Shown here piece by piece: positions 1-9,170 of a stretch of 64,000 nt of DNA; position 1 is the stretch's first letter; every line of letters begins with the position of its first letter. The translations under genes and the position numbers were made by a program. The notes beneath the pieces were generated by a model. The model was not told the origin of the DNA. It saw only the letters and a program-made list of their open reading frames with translations, and did no database searches. Origin of the DNA: an uncultured Verrucomicrobiae bacterium. GTDB taxonomy: Bacteria; Verrucomicrobiota; Verrucomicrobiia; Chthoniobacterales; JAATET01. The stretch covers positions 256,001-320,000 of the forward strand of contig CAVRCI010000013.1 of NCBI GenBank assembly GCA_963719495.1, written 5' to 3'.

Positions 1-1
1 G

Positions 2-2908
2 AAGCTCCGCCTCGTCCTGACCGCCGACCAGCTCGAAGCCCCCGTCCCCGCCCCCGACACCTTCCGCCGCCACGCCCTCACCCTCGCCGTCGGCCAGCGC
101 CACGACGTCCCCGCCCTCGAAGCCACCCTCGCCAAAGACGGCTACGAATCCGTTCCAAAAATCTTCAGCCGCGGCCAATTCGCCCGCCGCGGCGGCATCC
201 TCGACGTCTTCTCCTGGCAGCACAGCCAGCCAATCCGCGTCGAATTCTTCGACGAAGACATCGAATCCATCCGTAGCTTCCACCTCGACAGCCAGGTCTC
301 GATCGAAAACCACCAAACCTGCGAAATCCTCACCGGCGACACCGAGAAAAAGCACGTCCCCCTCGCCACCTACCAAAAACCAAAAGACCTAACCATCCAC
401 CTCGACCCGGAAAACGAAGCTGCCGAAGGCATCATCATCACCCAATCCGAAATCCGAAATCCGAAATCCAAAATCGAATTCCACCCCCCCGGCATCGACG
501 TCTTCGAGGCCGGCGATCTCGTCATCAACGAAGCCAAGCGCCGCCGCTTCTTCGATCAGATCAACGAGTGGACCCGCGCCAAATGGACCGTCGTCCTCGT
601 CTGCAACAACGAAGGCGAGTGGGAACGCTTCTCCGAACTCGCGCGCGACAACGGCGTCGACCCCAAGACCCTCCACTTCCGCGAAGGCAGCCTCATCGCC
701 GGCTTCACCTGCCCCGCAGCCCGCCTCGCCATCCTCTCCGACGCCGAGATCTTCGGTCGTTCCGCCAGCCAGCGCTCCCGCCGCCAATGGATCCGCCGCG
801 AGCGAGCCGCCGCCGCCCGCGGCGGCATGGACTACACCGAGTTCGAACCCGGCGACCTCGTCGTCCACCTCGACCACGGCATCGGCCGCTTCGAAGGCAT
901 CACCACCAATCACCAATCACCAGTCACTGATCACACGCAACCGGCCGAAACAGCGCTGATCATCGAGTTCGCCAACGACAGCAAACTCTACGTCCCCCTC
1001 GACCAAGCCTGGCAGGTCTCCCGTTACGTCGGCCTCGGCAAACGCAACCCCGCCCTCTCCGTCCTCGGCGACGGCAAATGGCAGCGCGCCATGAAGAAAG
1101 CCGAGCGCTCCATCTTCGAATACGCCACCACCATGCTCCGCCTCCAGGCCGAGCGCGACACCAGCGTCGGCCACGCCTTCGGACCCGACACCCAGTGGCA
1201 GCACGAGTTCGAGAACGCCTTCGTCTACCAGCCCACCGTCGACCAACTCCGCGCCATCGAAGAGACCAAGCTCGACCTCGAAGCCGAGCGCCCCACCGAT
1301 CGCCTCATCTGCGGCGACGTCGGGTTCGGCAAAACCGAAGTCGCCATCCGCGCCATCTTCAAAGCCGTCATGGGCGGCAAACAAGCCGCCTTCCTCGCCC
1401 CCACGACCGTCCTCGCCCAGCAGCACGCGCAGACCCTCCGCGAGCGCATGAGCGAGTATCCCGTCACCGTCGAATCCCTCCACCGCTTCCGCACGAAAGC
1501 CGAGCAAACCGCCACCGTCCGCGGCCTCGCCAACGGCACCGTCGACGTCGTCGTCGGCACCCACCGCCTCCTGAGCGAGGACGTCATCTTCAAAGACCTC
1601 GGCCTCGTCGTCGTCGACGAAGAGCAGCGCTTCGGCGTCCGGCACAAGGAGATTCTCAAGGACCGCTTCCGCCTCATCGACGTCCTCACCCTCTCCGCCA
1701 CCCCCATCCCCCGCACCCTCTACCTCGCCCTCATGGGCGCGCGCGACATGTCCCTTATCGAGACACCGCCGCCGAATCGCCAGCCCGTCGAGACCACCAT
1801 CTGCGCCTACGACGAACGCATCATGCGCGACGCCATCGTCCGCGAACTCAAGCGCGGCGGCCAGGTCTACCTCCTCCACAACCGCGTCCGCACCATCGAC
1901 AAACTCGCCGCCCGCATCGTCGAACTCGTCCCCCACGCCCGCGTCGCCGTCGGCCACGGCCAGATGGGCGAGCACGAACTCGAACCCATCATGCGCAGCT
2001 TCATCGCCGGCGACATCGACGTCCTCGTCTCCACCACCATCATCGAATCCGGCCTCGATATCCCGAACGCCAACACCATCCTCATCGACCGCGCCGACCG
2101 CTTCGGCCTCGCGGACCTCTACCAACTCCGCGGCCGCGTCGGCCGCTCCCACCACAAAGCCTACGCCTACCTCCTCCTCCCGCGGGAACTCATGACCGCC
2201 ACCGGCGACGCCCGCAAGCGCGTCCAGGCCATCAAGCAATACAGCGAACTCGGAGCCGGCTTCAAAATCGCCATGCGCGACCTCGAGATCCGCGGCGCCG
2301 GCAACATCCTCGGCACCGCGCAGTCCGGTCACATCCTCGCCGTCGGCTTCGATCTCTACTGCAAAATGCTCAAGCGCTCCGTCGCGACCCTCCAAGGCAC
2401 CAAATCCGGATCCGCCACCCTCGCCACCGCCCGCCTAGACTTCGTAGCCACCTCGGAGTCCGAGTTCCTCGCCGACCCGCCGCCGAAGGCGACCACCTCA
2501 CCCACCAATCACCAGTCACCAGTCACCAATCACGTCACCAAACTCCCCGCCTTCCTCCCCACCCGCTTCATCACCGAGCCCCACGCCCGCATCGAGGCCT
2601 ACAGGAAGCTCGCCGACGCCCCCGACCGTCCCGGCCTTTCTGCCCTCCGCGCCGAATGGGCCGACCGCTACGGCCCCCCGCCCCCCGCCGTCGACCACCT
2701 CCTCACCCTCCACCACATCCGCTTCGCCGCCGCCACCGCCCGCATTCGCTCCGTCGAGACCCGCGACGACAAGCTCATGCTCATGCCCAAAGGCCAATCC
2801 GGCGACTACGTCCTCTTCGGCAAAAAGTTCCCCCGCTTGACTTCGACCACCCCCGAAAATAAGTTGCGCGAGGTTTTGACGTTCCTGGAAAAACGCCTCT
2901 CCGCATGA
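2..2908 (+). CDS. mfd: Transcription-repair coupling factor Mfd (5' end outside window)
   Basis: Frame is open from base 2 (UvrB-like FARRGGILDVF..RVEFFDEDIESIRSF) into ORF 827..2908 with VVHLDHGIGRF, CGDVGFGKTE, DEEQRFG, SATPIPRT, QLRGRVGR and TRCF tail. Confidence 0.97.
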   Translation, partial: KLRLVLTADQLEAPVPAPDTFRRHALTLAVGQRHDVPALEATLAKDGYESVPKIFSRGQFARRGGILDVFSWQHSQPIRVEFFDEDIESIRSFHLDSQVSIENHQTCEILTGDTEKKHVPLATYQKPKDLTIHLDPENEAAEGIIITQSEIRNPKSKIEFHPPGIDVFEAGDLVINEAKRRRFFDQINEWTRAKWTVVLVCNNEGEWERFSELARDNGVDPKTLHFREGSLIAGFTCPAARLAILSDAEIFGRSASQRSRRQWIRRERAAAARGGMDYTEFEPGDLVVHLDHGIGRFEGITTNHQSPVTDHTQPAETALIIEFANDSKLYVPLDQAWQVSRYVGLGKRNPALSVLGDGKWQRAMKKAERSIFEYATTMLRLQAERDTSVGHAFGPDTQWQHEFENAFVYQPTVDQLRAIEETKLDLEAERPTDRLICGDVGFGKTEVAIRAIFKAVMGGKQAAFLAPTTVLAQQHAQTLRERMSEYPVTVESLHRFRTKAEQTATVRGLANGTVDVVVGTHRLLSEDVIFKDLGLVVVDEEQRFGVRHKEILKDRFRLIDVLTLSATPIPRTLYLALMGARDMSLIETPPPNRQPVETTICAYDERIMRDAIVRELKRGGQVYLLHNRVRTIDKLAARIVELVPHARVAVGHGQMGEHELEPIMRSFIAGDIDVLVSTTIIESGLDIPNANTILIDRADRFGLADLYQLRGRVGRSHHKAYAYLLLPRELMTATGDARKRVQAIKQYSELGAGFKIAMRDLEIRGAGNILGTAQSGHILAVGFDLYCKMLKRSVATLQGTKSGSATLATARLDFVATSESEFLADPPPKATTSPTNHQSPVTNHVTKLPAFLPTRFITEPHARIEAYRKLADAPDRPGLSALRAEWADRYGPPPPAVDHLLTLHHIRFAAATARIRSVETRDDKLMLMPKGQSGDYVLFGKKFPRLTSTTPENKLREVLTFLEKRLSA
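444..478 (+). repeat. Heptamer tandem repeat (AATCCGA-type x5) in frame inside mfd
   Basis: aatccga aatccga aatccga aatccaa aatcgaa; translates as SEIRNPKSKIE. Confidence 0.9.
904..934 (+). repeat. Heptamer tandem repeat (CACCAAT/CACCAGT) in frame inside mfd
   Basis: caccaat caccaat caccagt cactgat cac; translates as TNHQSPVTDH. Confidence 0.9.
2503..2533 (+). repeat. Heptamer tandem repeat (CACCAAT/CACCAGT) in frame inside mfd
   Basis: caccaat caccagt caccagt caccaat cac; translates as TNHQSPVTNH. Confidence 0.9.
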
Positions 2909-3876
2909 AAAAATTCCTCGCCGCCATGGCCCTGACGGCAGCCATTTTCGCCCCCGAGACCGTCCGCGCCCAAGCCGAGGTCGTCGACGGCATCGCCGCC
3001 GTCGTCAACGGCGAGGTCATCACCTACTCCCAGGTCCGCGAGCTCATCGGGACCCGCGAACGCGCCCTCCGCGACGCCTACTCCGGCGAAGAACTCGAGA
3101 ACAAGATCAAGGAAACCCGCCTCGCCGCGCTGAAAGACCTCATCGACCGCCAGCTCATCCTCCAGGAGTTCAAAGGCAAGGAACTCAACATCCCCGACTA
3201 CCTCATCGACGACCGCGTGAAGACCATCGTCCGCGAGGAATTCGGCGGCGACCGGGCCGCCTTCGTCCGCACCCTCAAGAGCCAGGGCTACACCGTCACG
3301 AAGTTCAAAGAGGTCGAGAAAGACAAGATCATCGTCCAGGCCATGCGCCAGACGTTCGTCAAAGACGACTTCGTCATCTCGCCGAACCAAATCCAAGGCT
3401 ACTACGACAAAAACAAGGAGGGCTACTCCACCCCCGAGCAAATCAAGCTCCGCATGATCGTCCTCCGCGAAGGCGGCGGCGACGGCCTCCCCGGCGGCGA
3501 GCAGGCCATGGCCGAAGAAATCCGCACCAAACTCGTCGACGGCACCAGCTTCGACACCCTCGCCCAAATGTATTCCGAAGACGAAGTCACGAGAGACACC
3601 GGCGGCGACTGGGGCTGGATCGACAAAAAGACGCTCAGCGAACCCCTGACCAACGCCGCCTTCGCCCTCCGCGCCGGCGAGATCAGCGACGTTCTCAATC
3701 TCGGCAACAGCTACTACATCATGATGGTCGAAGCCCGAAAAAACAGCTCCGTCAAATCCATCAGCGACGTCCGCGACGAGATCGAGCAAAACCTCATCCA
3801 GCAGGAAAAAGGCAAACGGGTGCAGCAGTGGCTCGACACCCTAAGGGAGCAAGCCTACATCAAAATTTTCAGCTAG
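2905..3876 (+). CDS. SurA/PpiC-type periplasmic chaperone, peptidyl-prolyl isomerase
   Basis: Signal peptide, VVDGIAAVVNGEVIT SurA N-domain, parvulin motif FDTLAQMYSED..GGDWGW; ATGA overlap with mfd; lies upstream of pdxA. Confidence 0.92.
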   Translation: MKKFLAAMALTAAIFAPETVRAQAEVVDGIAAVVNGEVITYSQVRELIGTRERALRDAYSGEELENKIKETRLAALKDLIDRQLILQEFKGKELNIPDYLIDDRVKTIVREEFGGDRAAFVRTLKSQGYTVTKFKEVEKDKIIVQAMRQTFVKDDFVISPNQIQGYYDKNKEGYSTPEQIKLRMIVLREGGGDGLPGGEQAMAEEIRTKLVDGTSFDTLAQMYSEDEVTRDTGGDWGWIDKKTLSEPLTNAAFALRAGEISDVLNLGNSYYIMMVEARKNSSVKSISDVRDEIEQNLIQQEKGKRVQQWLDTLREQAYIKIFS

Positions 3877-3921
3877 GGGAGCGCGCGCGTCCCGCGTGCG
3901 AGATGCGGCGTCCCGCCGCAT
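3877..3921 (+). repeat. REP-like double-hairpin element, family A copy 1
   Basis: GGGAGCGCGCGCGTCCCGCGTGCGAGATGCGGCGTCCCGCCGCAT; near-identical copies at 8989 and 51606. Confidence 0.85.
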
Positions 3922-4000
3922 ACCATCGGCAATTCGAGCGAAGCGAGAGAGCCGACCGCATTCCACCACTCACAATTCACCAGTCACGAATCACCCCTCA

Positions 4001-4879
<879 letters not shown>

Positions 4880-4953
4880 AAGTGAGACGAAAAACAAGGA
4901 CTGCATTGTATTTTCACCCCCTTCCATTCCTACCCCCCTTCATGGTCTAAAAA

Positions 4954-5586
4954 TCAAGCCGCCACCCGCACCACCTCGACCTCGCGGAACCGAAACCGCT
5001 CCGCATACTTCCCACCGTTGAGCTTCCGGCAGCACTTCAGGCACGCGATCCGCCCCTTCGGACGCCGCACCCGCGCGATCACCGCCAGGCAAGCCGGACA
5101 TTGATACGCATACTTCCGCGTCATCCGCCGTGGCTTAAACGGCAGGGTGTGACACCGAGCCTCCCCAACGATCCCGAGATCCGCGCACGCCGCCCGCCAT
5201 TCCGGTCCGTGCGGTGAGATCCGCCGCCGTCCCACCCGCTCCTGCGCCACGAGATGGGCCAACTCGTGACGCAACGTCGTCTGCACCTCCGCCGCCGAGA
5301 CTTCGATCAGCTTCGGATTGAGCGTCACCCGCCGCGTTCGCCAGCACGCCGTCCCCGCCGTCGTCCGCATCCGCGGGTTCCAGCAGACGCTCACCACCTT
5401 CGCCAAAGCCGGACACCCCACCTGCCGCAACAAGACCCGCGAAACCTCCTCCAGGATCGGGTCACTCCGCAGAGCAGCCTCCCGGGCCCGAGCCAGCGGA
5501 CTCGCGGGCCTTTCGCGAAGCGCCTCGATCTTCGTCAGCAGATTGCGCCCGAATTCGAACGCCATCTGCTTCGTCGCCACCTTCAC
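4954..5586 (-). CDS. SprT-like zinc metalloprotease
   Basis: WNPRMRTTAG, HELAH, HGPEW and C-terminal CPAC/CLKC zinc ribbon; GTG start overlaps the desulfurase stop. Confidence 0.9.
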   Translation of the reverse strand: MKVATKQMAFEFGRNLLTKIEALRERPASPLARAREAALRSDPILEEVSRVLLRQVGCPALAKVVSVCWNPRMRTTAGTACWRTRRVTLNPKLIEVSAAEVQTTLRHELAHLVAQERVGRRRISPHGPEWRAACADLGIVGEARCHTLPFKPRRMTRKYAYQCPACLAVIARVRRPKGRIACLKCCRKLNGGKYAERFRFREVEVVRVAA

Positions 5587-6728
5587 GCCGCCACCTCCTG
5601 CCGCTCCAGCACCCGGCCCAACGCCCCCACCGCCCGCTCGATCTCCATTTCCGTCGTCATTTTTCCGAGCGAGAATCGCACCGTCGCCTGCGCCACGTCC
5701 ATCGGCACTCCCATCGCGAGAAGCACGTGCGACGGCATCACCGATCCCACCATGCACGCCGACCCGCTCGACACCGCCACGCCCTCGAGGTCCAACCCAA
5801 TGAGCAACGTCTCGCCGTCCGCCCCCGGGAAACTCACGTTCAGCGTGTTTCCCAGCGTCTCCGCCCCCGACCCATTCCACCGTGCCCCGGGCGCAATCTC
5901 CCGAATCCCCGCCCAGAGCCGATCCCGCAGCCCCGCCTCCCGCCGCTGCTCCACCTCGAAATCCCGCACCGCCAGCTCCGCCGCCACGACCATCCCGACG
6001 ATCGCCGCCACGTTCTCCGTCCCGGGTCGCCGCTGATTCTCGTGAAATCCGCCGAAATGCAGCGTCGTCAACGGCACCCCCGCTTCCAGAAACAGCACAC
6101 CCGCCCCCTTCGGCCCGTAAAATTTATGCCCCGCGAAGCTCGCCGCCGTCAAACCCCGCACCGCCACCGGCAATTTCCCAAACGACTGCACCATGTCGCT
6201 GTGAAACGCCACCCCCGCCCCCCCAGCCCCGCGCACGATCTCGGCAATCTCAGCCACCGGCTGGATCGTCCCCGTCTCGTTGTTGGCCGACATCACGCTC
6301 ACCAACGTCGTGTCCGACCGCAACGCCGCCCGCACGTCCGCCGGATCGACCAAGCCCTCCGCGTCCACCCGCAACCGCGTCACCTCATACCCCTCGTGCT
6401 TCTCCAGGTAGTCGAACGCGTGCAGCACCGCGTGGTGCTCCGTCGCGACGGTCACCACGTGCTTACCCTCGGCCGCCCGACTCCGCGCGAGACCCAGAAT
6501 CGCCAGATTGTCCGATTCCGTCCCGCCGCCCGTGAAGATCACCTCGTGCGGCTTCACGCCCAGCAGCCCCGCGAAGCGATCCCGCGCGTCGTCCACCGCC
6601 GACCGCGCCCGTCGACCGATCCCGTGAATGCTCGACGCGTTTCCGTATTCCGCCCCCAGAAACGGCAGCATCGCCTCGAGCGCCTCGGGCGCGAGCGGCG
6701 TCGTCGCGTTGCAGTCTAGATAACCCAT
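5583..6728 (-). CDS. Cysteine desulfurase (IscS/NifS type)
   Basis: YLDCNATTP, FTGGGTESDN, GHKFYGPKG (PLP lysine), SSGSAC; real start MGYLD at 6728. Confidence 0.95.
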   Translation of the reverse strand: MGYLDCNATTPLAPEALEAMLPFLGAEYGNASSIHGIGRRARSAVDDARDRFAGLLGVKPHEVIFTGGGTESDNLAILGLARSRAAEGKHVVTVATEHHAVLHAFDYLEKHEGYEVTRLRVDAEGLVDPADVRAALRSDTTLVSVMSANNETGTIQPVAEIAEIVRGAGGAGVAFHSDMVQSFGKLPVAVRGLTAASFAGHKFYGPKGAGVLFLEAGVPLTTLHFGGFHENQRRPGTENVAAIVGMVVAAELAVRDFEVEQRREAGLRDRLWAGIREIAPGARWNGSGAETLGNTLNVSFPGADGETLLIGLDLEGVAVSSGSACMVGSVMPSHVLLAMGVPMDVAQATVRFSLGKMTTEMEIERAVGALGRVLERQEVAA

Positions 6729-7624
6729 ACCAAGGCATCCTCGCCCCTCGGCTCGTGTTTTTCCAAAATTTTGAGCTGCTTCTCCTCGTAACTCACCAGC
6801 GACCGCGGCGGCACGCTGTGCGTGAGAAAAACGTTCGCCCCGATCGTGCTCCCGGCCCCCACCACGGTGTCGCCGCCCATGATCGTCGTCCCGGCGTAAA
6901 TCGTCACCCCGTTCTCCACCGTCGGATGCCGCCGCTTCCCCCGCAACGCCTGCCCGCCCGCCAGCGACCGTCCGATGAGCGCCACGCCCTGATACAATTT
7001 CACTCGATCCCCAAGCACGCTCGTCTCGCCAATCACGACGCCGGTCCCGTGATCGATGAAGAAGTGCGTCCCAATCTGCGCGCCCGGATGAATGTCGATC
7101 CCGGTCCGCCCGTGCGCCCACTCCGTCATCATCCGCGGCAGCAGCGGCACCCCCGCCGCGTAGAGCCGGTGAACCGACCGCTGGATCGCGATCGTCTCCA
7201 CGAATGGATACGAGAGAATGATCTCCTCCAGATTGAGCGCCGCCGGATCCCCCTCGAACGCCGCCTCGATGTCCGTCTGCAGCAACCGCCGAATCTCCGG
7301 CAATTCGCTCAAAAAGCCCGCCGTGATCCGATGCGCGCGCGCCCTCGGGCAATCCGGATCGTCCGTCCGCATGCTCTTGCACACCTCCTCCCCCAGCCGC
7401 TCGGCCAGACTCTCCACCCGCCCCGCCGTCAGCTCCCGCAGCCGGTCGCCCGCCACCGGATTCTCATCGTGAAAGCCCGGAAAAAGGATCTGCAAAAGAT
7501 CCTCGCAGATCGAAGCCACCGCCCGCTTCGACGGCAGATTCAGCCCGTCCGTGTTGTTGAGCCCCCCGACCTCCGCGTAGGAAGCCAGCACACTCTCAAC
7601 GACGCTCTCGACCGACGGCTCCAT
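6716..7624 (-). CDS. cysE: Serine O-acetyltransferase
   Basis: GDPAA, TGIDIHPGAQIG, FFIDHGTGVVIGET, KRRHPT hexapeptide region. Confidence 0.94.
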   Translation of the reverse strand: MEPSVESVVESVLASYAEVGGLNNTDGLNLPSKRAVASICEDLLQILFPGFHDENPVAGDRLRELTAGRVESLAERLGEEVCKSMRTDDPDCPRARAHRITAGFLSELPEIRRLLQTDIEAAFEGDPAALNLEEIILSYPFVETIAIQRSVHRLYAAGVPLLPRMMTEWAHGRTGIDIHPGAQIGTHFFIDHGTGVVIGETSVLGDRVKLYQGVALIGRSLAGGQALRGKRRHPTVENGVTIYAGTTIMGGDTVVGAGSTIGANVFLTHSVPPRSLVSYEEKQLKILEKHEPRGEDALVWVI

Positions 7625-7719
7625 AACTCAGTCCCCACTATCGACACCCGCCCGCCCCTGTCCAGCCCGGGGGGCAGGCATCCTGCCTGCGCCACCAAAC
7701 TCACCGAAGCCGCATTCCC

Positions 7720-8793
7720 TCACCCCGCCGGCACCGCCCCCCGCCCAATCCGGCACCGGAACCCCTCCGTCTCGATTCCCGTCCGCGCCTGGTATTCGAG
7801 CAAAATCCCCTGCCGGACCGCCTCCACCCGATCCGCCACGACCAACGACACCGTCGCGCCGCCAAAGCCACCGCCCGTCAGCCGCGATCCCAGCACCCCT
7901 TCCTGCAACAACGCCACCTCCACCAGCACGTCCAGCTCCGGCGTGCTGTTCTCGAAATTCTCCATCGAACTCCGATGCGACGCCGACAGCAACCGCCCGA
8001 ATCCCGCCACGTCCCGCGCCTCCAGCATCGCCACCCCCGCCTCGACCCGCTCGATCTCGCCGATCACGTGAGCCGCCCGCCGCCGCGTCACGTCCGGCAG
8101 ATCCGCCGCCGCCAGCATCGCCGAATCCGCCTCCCGCAGCGAATCCACCCCCATCCCCCGCGCCGCCGCGATGCACTGCTCCCGCCGCTCGTTGTATTCC
8201 CCGCCGCTCAACTCGTGGTGCGCCCCCGAGTTCACCACCAGCAGCTCGACCCCCTCCGGAAACGAAATCGTCCGCACCGACTCATCCCGGCAATCCAAAT
8301 GAATCGCCCGCCCCTCCTCGCCAAAAACCGAGGAGACCTGATCCAATAGCCCACAATTCACGCCCACGAACTCGTTTTCCGCCCGCCGGCATAGCTTAGC
8401 CACCTCCATCCGCCCCAGCTCCAGTCCGAAAAGTTCCCGCAACAACACCGCCGTCGCCACCTCCATCGCCGCCGAACTCGAAAGCCCCGCCCCGACCGGT
8501 AGGTTCGAAGAATACCTCGCCGAAAACCCGGAAACGGCCAACCCCTCCCGCCGCATCACCTCCGCCACCCCAACCGCGTAATCGCTCCAATCCCCCCGTT
8601 TGGAAAGGTCGTCCCCCAGCGAAACCGCAACCTCCCCAAACCCCGCACTGGCAACCCTCACTTCGTCCGTATCCAGCCGCTCCCCGGTAACAGTTACCCC
8701 CAGATCAAGAGCCGCCGAGAGCACCACCCCTTGGTTGTAGTCAGTATGATTCCCCAACAACTCAACCCGACCCGGAGCAAAACAAGTCAACAT
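7720..8793 (-). CDS. galK: Galactokinase
   Basis: APGRVELLGNHTDYNQG, PVGAGLSSSAA, AENEFVGVNCGLLDQ, GSRLTGGGFGG. Confidence 0.95.
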   Translation of the reverse strand: MLTCFAPGRVELLGNHTDYNQGVVLSAALDLGVTVTGERLDTDEVRVASAGFGEVAVSLGDDLSKRGDWSDYAVGVAEVMRREGLAVSGFSARYSSNLPVGAGLSSSAAMEVATAVLLRELFGLELGRMEVAKLCRRAENEFVGVNCGLLDQVSSVFGEEGRAIHLDCRDESVRTISFPEGVELLVVNSGAHHELSGGEYNERREQCIAAARGMGVDSLREADSAMLAAADLPDVTRRRAAHVIGEIERVEAGVAMLEARDVAGFGRLLSASHRSSMENFENSTPELDVLVEVALLQEGVLGSRLTGGGFGGATVSLVVADRVEAVRQGILLEYQARTGIETEGFRCRIGRGAVPAG

Positions 8794-8830
8794 AAAGAGA
8801 GACGTATCATCGGAGCGCACCGCGCTTCAA

Positions 8831-9170
8831 GGAGCGGCGGCTTCCAGCCGCCGAATTCGACCAAACAACCTCATTGTCATGTTGAGCCAAAGCGAAACAT
8901 CTCTGGCTCGTCACCTCACTGCATTCGCACCGTTCCCGAGAAAGCCACGGCTCGGCAGGAGCCTCGCCCTCCGAAATCACCAACGACGGGGAACGCACGC
9001 GTCCCGCGTGCGAGATGCGGCGTCCCGCCGCATCAACCCGGCAACCCCGGCAGAGCCGGGGAGCCGACCGCATTCCCACCATTGACTCGCTCGCTCCCGC
9101 TCGTCTCGCCCTTCGGGCTGCATCGCAGAGCCGACGCAGTCTGCCCCGCGGCTTCCCAGCCGCCGGTGCT
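8831..9170. repeat. Composite intergenic cluster of several REP-like palindromes
   Basis: GGAGCGGCGGCTTCCAGCCGCCG (8831), GTCATGTTGAGCCAAAGCGAAACATCT (8877), CGGCTCGGCAGGAGCCTCGCCCTCC (8948), family A (8989), GAGCCGACCGCATTCC (9061, also 3949). Confidence 0.8.

Noticed and set aside
3896..4000. N-terminal extensions given by the ORF track for pdxA, desulfurase, sufE, sseA, kdsB and DUF5069
   Set aside because: They run through repeats or neighbouring genes; starts were moved to where family motifs begin.
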